Below are positions 30,317-39,802 of a DNA stretch of 64,000 nt, in pieces; positions within the stretch are counted from its first letter, which is position 1, and each line of letters opens with the position of its first letter. A program made the translations under genes and the position numbers. Location of the stretch: the NCBI GenBank assembly GCA_965223325.1, contig CBDCWI010000002.1, positions 544,001 through 608,000 on the forward strand. The letters are read 5' to 3'. A model generated the notes under the pieces. The model made no database searches. It saw only the letters and a list, made by a program, of their open reading frames with translations, and was not told the origin of the DNA. The DNA comes from Candidatus Multivoradales bacterium (GTDB taxonomy: Bacteria; Acidobacteriota; Thermoanaerobaculia; Multivoradales; Multivoraceae).

Positions 30317-31072
30317 TCAGCCGCCACGCTCCATCGAGTGGGCCAGTTCGGCGACCCAGGTCCGCAGGTCTCCACCCGGGACTTGCGCCGCAAGCACTCG
30401 CTTGGTCGCCGCATGGGGCCCCGGCGGGTGCGACGCGAGCTCGGTCGCCAGGGCCAACGCGCGCGCTTTCACCTCGCCGTCTGGCACGACCTCGGCCACC
30501 AGACCCATCTCGGCCAATCGGTTCGCGGGCACCCGACGCGCCATCATCACCAACTCGCGCGCCCGCGCTGCGCCCACGTCGAGCGTCAACCAGGCGAGGT
30601 TGAGCGGTGCGGTCATTCCGAGCAGGGCTTCGGAAACGTGGAGGTAGGAACTCTCCCCCGCTACCCTCAGGTCACAGGCGAGGGCCAGGCCGGAGCCACC
30701 GGCAATTGCATAGCGCTCGAGTGCGCACACCACCGGGATCGCACTTTCACGCAGCGCCAGGTGTAGCTCGAGCCACCGACCCTTGAACCGCGCCCGCCAC
30801 GGCTGCGGTGGGTCCTCCCTGAAGGCGTCGAGATCGAGCCCCGCGCAGAAAGAATCTCCCGCTCCTTGCAGTACCAGGGCGCGCACCGTGCCATTGGTCT
30901 CGAAGGTACGCACCGCCTCGAGTACACCTTCGACCAGCGGCCCGGTCAGTGCGTTGCGTCGTTCGGGACGACAGAGAGTCACGACGCCGACCAGGCCCAC
31001 CGTCTTGACCTCGACCGGGGGCGGCTGGTCTTCACCTGTCACGGGTTTCTGCGCTTGCGCCATCTGCTGCAT
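30317..31072 (-). CDS. Enoyl-CoA hydratase/isomerase family protein
   Basis: RPERRNAL, FCAGLDL, AIAGG.GLALACDLR. Start is 31072 or 31063. Confidence 0.85.
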   Translation of the reverse strand: MQQMAQAQKPVTGEDQPPPVEVKTVGLVGVVTLCRPERRNALTGPLVEGVLEAVRTFETNGTVRALVLQGAGDSFCAGLDLDAFREDPPQPWRARFKGRWLELHLALRESAIPVVCALERYAIAGGSGLALACDLRVAGESSYLHVSEALLGMTAPLNLAWLTLDVGAARARELVMMARRVPANRLAEMGLVAEVVPDGEVKARALALATELASHPPGPHAATKRVLAAQVPGGDLRTWVAELAHSMERGG

Positions 31073-31202
31073 CCCTCGACTCGTGTGCTGAGGTCTGTGT
31101 GGAGAGTGTACGTCGTGGACGCGACCCACCCCAACTCTGGAGCGCCGGATCATAGAATCCGGCTACTTCGCTCCTGTGGGGAGTTCCACCGAAAGGACGA
31201 TC

Positions 31203-32594
31203 ATGAGCCTCGCCAACGACTTCACCAGCTACCGCCCCGATCTCGATCCCCAGACCGGGCCGATTCCCCTACCGGCGGAAGTCGACAGCTTTAGCCACAT
31301 TCCCGGAGAGATCGGTCCGCCGCTTGTCGGCCACACGCTGGCCTTCGTGCGCGACCCCGAGAAGCTCACCCGCACCATGCGCGCGCGCCATGGGCGCAAT
31401 TTCAAGATCCGGCTCTTCGGCTACCCCACCCTGATCGTCGGCGACCCGGACTCGGTCAAGGCCGTTCTCCTCGACCAGGAGCGCAACTTCTCGAGCCGCT
31501 GGGGCTGGCATCACGCGATTGGAGAACTCTTCGCTCGCGGGCTCATGCTGCGCGACTTCGACGACCACCGCCTGCACCGCCACATCATGCAGCAGGCGTT
31601 TCGCGCCGATGCGATGAGCGGCTACGTCGACCGTATGAATCCGCTCATCGACAAGCGCCTCGCCGATTGGGCAGAGCTGGGGCCGCGGGTCAAGTTCTAC
31701 GAGGTCATCAAGCAGCTGACCCTCGACCTCGCAGCCGACGTCTTCATCGGCGTCAAACTCGGTCCCGAGGCTGACCAGTTGAATCGCGCCTTCATCGATT
31801 CGGTCAAGGCCTCGATCGCGCTGGTCAAGCGTGAAGTGCCCGGCCTGGCCTACGCCCGCGGCATGAAGGGCCGGCGCCTGCTCGAGCGCTTCTTCGCCGA
31901 ACGAGTTGCCAAACGTCGAGAAGGTGATGGGTCCGACATGTTCAGCGAGTTCTGCCGAGCGACCTCAGAAGACGGCGAGACCTACGCCGATCGCGACATC
32001 GTCGACCACATGATCTTTCTCTTGATGGCCGCTCACGACACCACCACCAGCGCACTGACCAGCATGGTTCTGCACGTCGCCCAGGATCAGGCAATTCAAG
32101 ACCGCCTCCGCGAGGAAGCGCGCGGGCTCGAGGTGCCAGCCATCACCTGGCAGGATCGCAACAAGCCCGTAGGTGTCGACTACGCCTTCCGTGAGACCCT
32201 GCGTCTCCACCCGCCGGTTCCTTTCATCGGTCGTCGGACGGTGCGCCCGTTCCAGCTCGGCGACCTCGAGCTGCCGGCCAGCGCCGCGGTCAGCGTTTGT
32301 TCATTGGTCACCCATCGCGATCCCGAGCTCTGGCCCGAACCCGAGCGCTTCGACCCCGAGCGTTTCTCCCCCGAGCGCGCCGAGCACAAGCAACACAGTC
32401 ACGCCTGGTTCCCCTTTGGCGGCGGTGCCCACACCTGCATCGGCATGCACTTCGCCTACGCCCAGGTCAAGGCAGTCATGCATCAGCTGCTGCTCAGCTA
32501 CCGCATCACGCTCGATGGCGACCCAAAGCCGTTGCGCGCGATCCCGATTCCCCACCCCACCGACGGTCTACCGATCCGCCTCGAGAAGCTCTGA
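31203..32594 (+). CDS. Cytochrome P450
   Basis: AAHDTT I-helix, ETLR, PERF, FGGGAHTCIG haem motif. Confidence 0.95.
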   Translation: MSLANDFTSYRPDLDPQTGPIPLPAEVDSFSHIPGEIGPPLVGHTLAFVRDPEKLTRTMRARHGRNFKIRLFGYPTLIVGDPDSVKAVLLDQERNFSSRWGWHHAIGELFARGLMLRDFDDHRLHRHIMQQAFRADAMSGYVDRMNPLIDKRLADWAELGPRVKFYEVIKQLTLDLAADVFIGVKLGPEADQLNRAFIDSVKASIALVKREVPGLAYARGMKGRRLLERFFAERVAKRREGDGSDMFSEFCRATSEDGETYADRDIVDHMIFLLMAAHDTTTSALTSMVLHVAQDQAIQDRLREEARGLEVPAITWQDRNKPVGVDYAFRETLRLHPPVPFIGRRTVRPFQLGDLELPASAAVSVCSLVTHRDPELWPEPERFDPERFSPERAEHKQHSHAWFPFGGGAHTCIGMHFAYAQVKAVMHQLLLSYRITLDGDPKPLRAIPIPHPTDGLPIRLEKL

Positions 32595-32642
32595 TCGCCC
32601 CGCTGCCGGTCCAGGAGCCCCGTTGGGCCGACCGCTTCAGCG

Positions 32643-33551
32643 TCAATCCCCGAGGAGGGCCGCGCAGCCACCTGGCAGACCCTGCTCGGCGAGCGTCTTC
32701 TCGATTCGCTCACGCGCTCGCGCCAGGTAGGCGCGGTAGCCCTCGGGATCGACGAAGGCTCGCCGGTTCCCGGCGCGCACTGCCTCTCTTTTCTCGGCGG
32801 CGCGAATGAAGGAGCCGTGGGAGGCCAGGAAGATGTCTGGCGAAAGGCTTTCGAGATGAGCAACGCTGGTGCAGAAGTCCTGCGCGATCCCCGGGTAGCT
32901 CTCCTCGGCACCAAGCAGCTGGTAACCGTCGAGAACCGTCAGACTGCACACCGAGACCCAGAGGAGCTCCTCACCCCCGATCGTCGCCGTGCCGCTCCAC
33001 GAGGTGCAGCCGCGGGTGTGACCCGGGGTCAGGTGCGCAGTGAGAGTCGTCGACCCGAGGCGCAGCTTGTCGAGGTGCACCAGCTCGAGAGAGGCCTCTG
33101 CCGCTTCGTAGGGGGCACTGTCGGCGAGATGAAAGTCTCCTCGCCCGCCGTTCGCGACCAGCGTCTTGTCTGCAGCTGAGAGAGCCAGTTGCGCGCCGGT
33201 CGCTCGAAGAGCATCAGCGATCCCACCGGTGTGGTCGAAATGCCCGTGGCTGGCGAGCTGAATCCTGACGTCCGCCGGATCAAAGCCGAGCTTTCGGATG
33301 TTCCCGAGTACCAGCTCGACGTTCTCTGCGAGTGGCACATCGATCAGGAAGTGCCCCTCATCGGTGGTGATCAGGTAGGCGGCAAGGTCTTCGCTCCCGA
33401 CCCAGTAGAGGTTCAGAGCGATCTGAAAGGGCTCGATCGGGCTCGTCCAGGAGGCCGGCGTCTCCCAGTCCTGTGCGGCGACCGGAAGACTGAGCCCGGC
33501 TGCCGAGCAGGTTGCGAAGAGGGTGACAGCCAGCGTTCGGATTGCGCTCAT
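32643..33551 (-). CDS. Subclass B3 metallo-beta-lactamase with signal peptide
   Basis: Signal peptide, PFQIA.NLYWVG, SHGHFDH, TPGHTRGCTSW, FLASH; ATG 33551 follows GAGG. Confidence 0.85.
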   Translation of the reverse strand: MSAIRTLAVTLFATCSAAGLSLPVAAQDWETPASWTSPIEPFQIALNLYWVGSEDLAAYLITTDEGHFLIDVPLAENVELVLGNIRKLGFDPADVRIQLASHGHFDHTGGIADALRATGAQLALSAADKTLVANGGRGDFHLADSAPYEAAEASLELVHLDKLRLGSTTLTAHLTPGHTRGCTSWSGTATIGGEELLWVSVCSLTVLDGYQLLGAEESYPGIAQDFCTSVAHLESLSPDIFLASHGSFIRAAEKREAVRAGNRRAFVDPEGYRAYLARARERIEKTLAEQGLPGGCAALLGD

Positions 33552-33699
33552 CGCGGGTACCTCGAAGAGTCCGGGGGTCAGGAGACGTCGCATGCTAACC
33601 GCCACGACCGCATTGGCGAACCAGTGGTTCGAGGGGCGCACGTTCTTGGTTTCTTTCGAAGCTACACATTCAGCAGAAACGTGGCATCATGACGGCCGT

Positions 33700-34719
33700 A
33701 TGAAATACGCCGTGACATTGATTTCCGGGGACGGAATCGGCCCCGAAGTTGCCAAAGCCACCGTCCGCGTGGTCGACCACGTGACTGATCAACGCATCGA
33801 ATGGGACCCGGTGACCGCCGGCATGGGGGCAGTCGACCAGGGGCTCGAGCCGCTGCCCGACGGGGTACTCGAGTCCATTCAAAAGACCCGCATCGCCATC
33901 AAAGGTCCGCTTCAGACTCCCGTGGGCGGCGGCTACCGGAGCGTCAATGTAACCCTTCGTCAAGCACTCGAGACCTACGCCTGTGTGCGGCCCGTACGCT
34001 CATTGCCGGGAACCACCCGGGCGCGCTACGACAACGTCGACCTCATCATCGTGCGCGAGAACACGGAAGGGCTCTATAGCGGCCGCGAGCACGAAGTCGT
34101 CGACGGTGTTGTCGAAGCGCTCAAGATCGTCACCCGCGAGGCCTCCGAACGCATCATGCGTTTCGCCTTCGAGTACGCCCGCAATCACGGCCGCAAAAAG
34201 GTCACGGTGGTACACAAGGCCTCGGTCATGCGGCTTTCCGATGGGCTGTTTCTCGAGTGCGCGCAGAGAATTGCCGCCGACTATCCGTACCTCGAGGTCG
34301 AATACAAGCCGCTCGACAGTCTCGCCCTCGAGTTGGTGCGTGACCCGACGGTGTTCGATCTGCTGGTGATGGGCAACCTCGACGGTGATCTGGTGAGCGA
34401 TCTATGTGCCGGTCTGGTGGGCGGGCTCGGGCTCGTTCCCGGCGCCAACATCGGCGACGGTTGCGCGGTTTTCGAGGCCGTCCATGGAACGGCGCCCGAC
34501 ATCGCCGGCAAAGGGATCGCCAATCCGCTGGCGCTCATTCTGTCAGCAGAAATGATGCTGCGCCACATCGGCGAGGCCGGTCCCGCCGACCGCCTGATTG
34601 CGGCGGTTGAAACGCTTCTGAGCGAAGGCAAGCACCTGACCGGTGACCTCGGCGGCAAAGCCAACACGCGAGAACTCACCGACGCCTTGATCGAGATTCT
34701 CGACCGGAGTGCATCATGA
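33700..34719 (+). CDS. Isocitrate/isopropylmalate dehydrogenase family protein (NAD-IDH-like), copy 1
   Basis: GDGIGPEV, KGPLQTP, SVNVTLR, RENTEGLY, VHKA, GDLVSD, EAVHGTAPDIAGKGIANP. Confidence 0.9.
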   Translation: MKYAVTLISGDGIGPEVAKATVRVVDHVTDQRIEWDPVTAGMGAVDQGLEPLPDGVLESIQKTRIAIKGPLQTPVGGGYRSVNVTLRQALETYACVRPVRSLPGTTRARYDNVDLIIVRENTEGLYSGREHEVVDGVVEALKIVTREASERIMRFAFEYARNHGRKKVTVVHKASVMRLSDGLFLECAQRIAADYPYLEVEYKPLDSLALELVRDPTVFDLLVMGNLDGDLVSDLCAGLVGGLGLVPGANIGDGCAVFEAVHGTAPDIAGKGIANPLALILSAEMMLRHIGEAGPADRLIAAVETLLSEGKHLTGDLGGKANTRELTDALIEILDRSAS

Positions 34720-35744
34720 ATCCGAAAGTTGCACTGATCGTTGGCGGCTCGATTGGCGCTGAGATCGTTCCACCGGTCCTTGACGTCCTGAGCGCGGCGG
34801 GGGCCAGGATCGACTGGCAACGCGTCGACGTGCCGGCCGCGACCGAAGACTCGAACCTGCAGGAGCTGCTCGGCGAGGCCCTGACGGCGGTCCGTGACTG
34901 CCGGCTGGCCCTAAAGACCCGGCTAATCGGTCCCAAACCGCACGAACTTGCCACCGACAACAATGCACCCGGGCCGATGAACCCGAATGTGAACCTGCGC
35001 ATGGAACTCGGCCTGTTCGCCGCCGTCCGGCCGATTCGCACCATGCCGGGCCTGTTCACCCGCTACCCTGACCTCGACCTCATCCTGGTGCGCGAGAACA
35101 CCGAGGACATCTACAAAGGGCTCGAACACGAGATCGTGCCTGGGGTCGTTGAAAGCGTCAAAGTCGTCACGCGCGAGGCTTGCGATCGGGTGGCACGCTA
35201 CGCCTTCGAGATGGCGCACGAATACGGGCGCTCGAAGATCACCTTCATTCACAAGGCCAACATCATGAAGAAGGCAGACGGCCTCTTCATGCGCACCGTT
35301 CAGGCGGTCGCCGACGAGAACCCCGACATCGAGTTCAAGACCATGATCGTCGACGCTTGCTGCATGCAGATGGTACTCAACCCGTATCAGTTCGACATCA
35401 TGTTGATGGGCAACCTCTACGGCGACATTCTGAGCAACCTCGGAACCGGCCTGGCTGGCGGCATCTCGATCGGTCACAGCATCGGCATCGGAGAGGACGA
35501 TCTCAGGGTCTTCGAAGCCATCCACGGTGATGCACCCCACCTCGTGGGAACCGGGAAGGCCAATCCGCTGCCTCTTCTGACTCCCGCTGTCGAGCTACTC
35601 CGACACCTCGGCCTCGAGGAGTCGGCCGAGCGCGTCCTGGCAGCTGCCGGGCAAGTTCTCGAGGCTGGGCGCGATGTCACCCCGGACCTCGGCGGTGAAG
35701 CGAGCACCACAGAAATGTGTCGCGCGATCGTCGATGCGCTCTAG
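34716..35744 (+). CDS. Isocitrate/isopropylmalate dehydrogenase family protein, copy 2 (divergent motifs)
   Basis: RENTEDIY, IHKANIM, NLYGDILSN, EAIHGDAPH, TPDLGG; ATGA overlap with copy 1. Confidence 0.88.
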   Translation: MNPKVALIVGGSIGAEIVPPVLDVLSAAGARIDWQRVDVPAATEDSNLQELLGEALTAVRDCRLALKTRLIGPKPHELATDNNAPGPMNPNVNLRMELGLFAAVRPIRTMPGLFTRYPDLDLILVRENTEDIYKGLEHEIVPGVVESVKVVTREACDRVARYAFEMAHEYGRSKITFIHKANIMKKADGLFMRTVQAVADENPDIEFKTMIVDACCMQMVLNPYQFDIMLMGNLYGDILSNLGTGLAGGISIGHSIGIGEDDLRVFEAIHGDAPHLVGTGKANPLPLLTPAVELLRHLGLEESAERVLAAAGQVLEAGRDVTPDLGGEASTTEMCRAIVDAL

Positions 35745-36370
35745 CCCCCGACCCGAAGGTCGAGCACGCGCAGGAAGTCCGAGATGATGCGGTAGGTCAA
35801 GCCCCAGACCACGTGCCGGTCGGGCTCGCCGACCAGGATTCCGGGGAAGGTCGATACAGGCATCAGCGGGTAGCGGTACGAAACGCGGCGTTCGGGATCG
35901 ATCAGTCGCGAGAGCGCCACCCAATGCGCACTCGCCACCTCTTCGCTGAAGGTGAGTTCAGGATCGCCTGATATCTGCCAGGCGAAAGCAGCAATACTGA
36001 GCCGCATGCTGCCTGCAGTGCTCGGCGACTGGTCGTCCAGGCGGGCCAGCGCCCCCTCCGTCCGGCTCGATGCGAAAAGGTCTAGACCCACTTCTTCGAG
36101 AGTCTCGCGGGCGGCGGTTTCTTCGAGCGACGCGTCGCCCTTCTCGACGCGACCACCGGGCAGTGCCATTTGACCAGACCAGCGGTCGCCGGGCCGTGCC
36201 GAACGTTCGATGAACAGGACCTCGGTGTCGACCTCGCCCCGCATGATGAGCGCCACTGCCGCTCCCGGTTTCGGCAGCCTGACCTGGCGAGGCCTTCTGG
36301 CGGTCAGGGCCTCACGAATTGCGATGCGGTCTGGCAGATCGAGGCCATCTGGTTGATCGTGGTCAGACAC
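35741..36370 (-). CDS. Nudix CoA pyrophosphatase (NudL/PCD1-like)
   Basis: SGQMALPGG, Nudix box ARETLEEVGL, VWGLT. Confidence 0.88.
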   Translation of the reverse strand: MSDHDQPDGLDLPDRIAIREALTARRPRQVRLPKPGAAVALIMRGEVDTEVLFIERSARPGDRWSGQMALPGGRVEKGDASLEETAARETLEEVGLDLFASSRTEGALARLDDQSPSTAGSMRLSIAAFAWQISGDPELTFSEEVASAHWVALSRLIDPERRVSYRYPLMPVSTFPGILVGEPDRHVVWGLTYRIISDFLRVLDLRVGG

Positions 36371-36416
36371 GGCGGGAGAGATGGTACTGCTTTCCGGCGC
36401 TGGTTGTTGGTGTGAG

Positions 36417-36968
36417 TCAATCGAGCGGCAGGAACTCGAGGGTCAGGCCCTCGTAGGTCACGCTGTCGATGCGCACCGCAGCCAGGCGCCCCTGGTCGGT
36501 CTCGACACAGAGACAGTTCTGGTTCTCGAGATCAGGAATGGAGGTGTCTACCATTGCGCTCCTGAGAGCTTGGCAACGCGCGCGGTCCGGCGCCTCCATG
36601 CCGGCGACCGCTGCACGGGCACCGTTCTCGGGCACGAGAAAGAGAACTGTCATCGAACCGCGGGATAGTTCGAGCGCCAGATCGGTCTTGGCGTCCCCGT
36701 CGGTCGCGGCCGGGTCGAGGTCGACCGAAGCCCGGTTCGGGTCGCCGGCGACGAGCTGCACGGTGACGGGTTGCGCGGGCTCGGCACCACCGGTGGAACC
36801 TTCATCCGCTGCGCGGGCCGCCGCTGCTGCGGGGTTTGCCACCGCGAGCTCTTCCGCCGGCGGACCGGTGCACGCGCCGGCAAGCACCGCCGACGCCGTC
36901 ACGCACGCGAGCATGGCTGTTCTCTTTGTGCTCTTTGCGATCGTCTTCGGGTCCTTATCCATCGTCAC
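36417..36968 (-). CDS. Hypothetical lipoprotein
   Basis: Basic N-terminus, hydrophobic stretch, LAGAC lipobox; 4-bp overlap with the lysozyme stop. Confidence 0.6.
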   Translation of the reverse strand: MTMDKDPKTIAKSTKRTAMLACVTASAVLAGACTGPPAEELAVANPAAAAARAADEGSTGGAEPAQPVTVQLVAGDPNRASVDLDPAATDGDAKTDLALELSRGSMTVLFLVPENGARAAVAGMEAPDRARCQALRSAMVDTSIPDLENQNCLCVETDQGRLAAVRIDSVTYEGLTLEFLPLD

Positions 36969-38005
36969 TCTCCGCGCGGAATGATGAGCTCCCGGCCAGC
37001 TCGAATCCTGTTGGGGTCAGCGATGTCGTTGGCAACGACGAGGGCCTCCACCGTCACGCCGTAGAGGCGGGCGATGCCACCCAGGGTCTCCCCCGGCTCG
37101 ATGCGATGCAGCCGTTCCGGCGTCTGGTAACCATGGGACCACACCTCACCTTCTCGTGCCCGACGACGGACGAGCCCCGGAAGAACCGCACCGCCGGCCT
37201 TGACCCATTTGTCGAGTTCTAATGGAACCGCGTCGTATTCCCCGCGATTGAGCCGCGCGCGGAGCGTTGAGCCCTCGAGCGCTCCGCCGCCGAGGTTGAA
37301 GGTGAACGAGACCAGCGCGTCGAACTGGTTCTGGTTGAGAGGCACCTCGATCAAGCGTCGCACCGCGTCCTCGGCGACCGAGGCGTCTTCGCGAGGCAGT
37401 GCGGACGCTTCAGAGCGAGTGATTCCGTTCTCGTACGGCGCCTCGCTAGCGCGCCCATCGCACGGCCCGAGGTGGACCAGGTGGCCGAAGCCGATCGTGC
37501 AGTGGCCAGCGGGATCGTCATAGAGAGTGCCGGAGAACCCTTCGAAACCGGCGATCAGTTCGACACCGCTATCGCTGAGACTGAGATCGGCATTCGGCGA
37601 CGGCGTCGTCAGGAGGGCGGCGCGGGTGCGGGGACCCACCAGCCCGTCAGCCGTCAGGCCTTCGGCGGTCTGGAAATCGCGCACGGCACGGTCTGTTCGG
37701 GCACCGAAGATCGAGTCGGCAGGACCTGGCGAGAAGCCGTGAATGGCAAGGCGCTCTTGAACCCAACGCACGCCGTCGCCGCGATCGCCCTGGCGAAGCG
37801 TCGTCGAGACCGGGGCAACGCTCTTGGCCTCGAACAGTGACGGCTGGGCGGACACGTAGCTGTCAGCCGGAGCGGAGGCGGTGACGGCCCCTTTGGGGGT
37901 TTCTCTGGGGGTTTCGATTGCGGCGGGGGTGGCGCCGCGCCGGAACAGCGACACGAGGTCACCTACCCAAGAGACAGCGAAGGCTGGTTTGAGAACAGAA
38001 GACAT
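36965..38005 (-). CDS. Peptidoglycan hydrolase: PG-binding domain + GH24 lysozyme + LysM
   Basis: LRQGDRG..V..VQ.RL...ADSIFG.RT..AV..FQ...GL.ADG.VGP.T; FEG...YDD.AGHCTIGFGH (E-x8-D-x5-T); NQFDALVSFTFNLG; GLVRRR; HRIEPGETL..IA..YG...N.I LysM. Confidence 0.9.
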   Translation of the reverse strand: MSSVLKPAFAVSWVGDLVSLFRRGATPAAIETPRETPKGAVTASAPADSYVSAQPSLFEAKSVAPVSTTLRQGDRGDGVRWVQERLAIHGFSPGPADSIFGARTDRAVRDFQTAEGLTADGLVGPRTRAALLTTPSPNADLSLSDSGVELIAGFEGFSGTLYDDPAGHCTIGFGHLVHLGPCDGRASEAPYENGITRSEASALPREDASVAEDAVRRLIEVPLNQNQFDALVSFTFNLGGGALEGSTLRARLNRGEYDAVPLELDKWVKAGGAVLPGLVRRRAREGEVWSHGYQTPERLHRIEPGETLGGIARLYGVTVEALVVANDIADPNRIRAGRELIIPRGE

Positions 38006-38230
38006 GAGAAGGGATTCCTCCGGTTACCATCAGACAGGCGACAAAGTGCCGGATCGGCTACCAGGAAAGATGTGTAGCCGCATGGATAGGTCAGCTTCAA
38101 TGGAAAGGAGTCCGGTGCCTTCCGAATTCCCGTCGATTCGTTACGAGTAGCGTTCCAACGCTCGAGTCGGATCGAGGGCGCAAGACCCCCCTACGGCCAC
38201 GTCAACGGCTTGTTTCGGGGGTATTCGGGC

Positions 38231-39235
38231 TCAGGCCCCGAGCGACGCAAAGACTCCTTTCAAGGTGGCAAGGGAAACATTGCCGCCGCAGACAACGATC
38301 GCCACGTGTCGGCCCTGGAGATGCTTGGCCATCCGCCGCCATCCCGCGATCGCTGTCGCTGCTGCGCCCTCGATGGCACGCCGCCGTGTTCGGAGGTGTT
38401 CGACCATCGCGTGGCTGATTTCATGCTCGGGAAGGCGAACCCAGGCATCGACGCTCCGGGCGCAAAGGGGAAGGGTCATCGTCCCGGGCTCGAGTCCGCC
38501 GGCGGATCCGTCCGAAAGCGTCTCCTCGTCAGGGTGCGAAACGAGTTCGCCCCGCGACACCGATTCCGCCATCACTGCGTTGGCACTCGGGCTGCAGCCG
38601 ATGACGATGGGTGTGGGTCTCTGGCCGCGGGTGACTTCGAGCGCCGCGGCTGTGCCCGAGATCAAGCCGCCGCCGCCGACTGTGATGAGAACGACGTCGA
38701 CCTCGGGCCATTGTTCACGCAACTCGATTCCGAGCGAACCCTGGCCGGCAATGACGTCTGGATCGTTGTACGGCGAAACATAGATCTTGCCACTGGCGCG
38801 AGCAGCCTTGCGAGCGGCGAGCTCGGCGTCGACACATCCGCCGTCAACGAGCTGGATCGAGGCGCTGGTGTCGTTGAGCTTGCGGCGTTTCGCAGCCACC
38901 GTAGAGGCGGGTACGAAGAGGGTCGCCGGGATATGAAAGCGGGAGGCGGCATGAGCGACCGCCAGGGCATGGTTGCCGGTCGACGCGGCGATGACGCCGC
39001 GCGCTCGTTCCGCGGGAGTCATCTGAAGCAGGCGCCAGGTGGCACCGCGGATCTTGAACGAGCCGGTCGGTTGCTCGCACTCGAGTTTGAGGCGCGGCTC
39101 GACACCCTCGATCGCCAGTTCGGGCGCCGAAACGAGAGGCGTCGGGGCCAGCTGGAGTGCAAGGGCCTGGCGGGCGCGTTGGCTCTCGGCGCCGAGCGTT
39201 GCGAGGTCGACCACGGTTGGAGAGGTCCTGGCCAC
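38231..39235 (-). CDS. PLP-dependent threonine/serine dehydratase family protein
   Basis: TGSFKIRGA, ASTGNHA, VGGGGLISG, CGGN. Confidence 0.88.
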   Translation of the reverse strand: MARTSPTVVDLATLGAESQRARQALALQLAPTPLVSAPELAIEGVEPRLKLECEQPTGSFKIRGATWRLLQMTPAERARGVIAASTGNHALAVAHAASRFHIPATLFVPASTVAAKRRKLNDTSASIQLVDGGCVDAELAARKAARASGKIYVSPYNDPDVIAGQGSLGIELREQWPEVDVVLITVGGGGLISGTAAALEVTRGQRPTPIVIGCSPSANAVMAESVSRGELVSHPDEETLSDGSAGGLEPGTMTLPLCARSVDAWVRLPEHEISHAMVEHLRTRRRAIEGAAATAIAGWRRMAKHLQGRHVAIVVCGGNVSLATLKGVFASLGA

Positions 39236-39241
39236 GGCGAC

Positions 39242-39742
39242 CTAGAGTTCCTTGCGCATGATCACTTCGGTGGGACGGTCGTAGCCTGGGTGCGCCCGGT
39301 GATCCACCACGCGAAAGCCGAGGGCGTCGAAGGTGCGCTGGTTCGCAACCAGCTCCATGCGCACGTCCAGCTCGAGCTGCGAGAGTCCGAGAGAGCACGC
39401 AATCTGCTCGAGGCGCTCGATCAAGCCGCGCGCCAGGCCGCGGCGGCGGAAGCGTTCATCGACGGCGACCTTGCCGACGTATAGCACGTCGTCACGGGGC
39501 TTACCGAAGGCGCAGGCAACCGGCCGACCAGACGCCAAGGCGAGAACCAGGTTCTCGCCGCGCGCCTTCTCTTCTAGCGTGTCGGTGTTCCAACTACGAA
39601 GCGACGACGGCGGGTCGATCCGGTCGTTCATATAGGCATACGACGCACAGAGGAGCCGCAGGAGAGCATGCCAGCCATGGAAGGCAGGTGGGTTCACGAG
39701 CCACTCGATCTCGGCTGTTCTGGGGTCTTTCATCTCAGGCAC
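39242..39742 (-). CDS. GNAT family N-acetyltransferase
   Basis: KVAVDERFRRRGLAR.L motif A; N...F..LGF. Confidence 0.85.
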   Translation of the reverse strand: MPEMKDPRTAEIEWLVNPPAFHGWHALLRLLCASYAYMNDRIDPPSSLRSWNTDTLEEKARGENLVLALASGRPVACAFGKPRDDVLYVGKVAVDERFRRRGLARGLIERLEQIACSLGLSQLELDVRMELVANQRTFDALGFRVVDHRAHPGYDRPTEVIMRKEL

Positions 39743-39802
39743 CTGTCTCCCAGTGAGAGTTCCTATGGAGACGGCTGGAGTGCCAGCTATAGTAGCCGCC
39801 GC

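Noticed and set aside
36417-38005. Prophage lysis cassette
   Set aside because: No holin, structural, integrase or other phage genes nearby.
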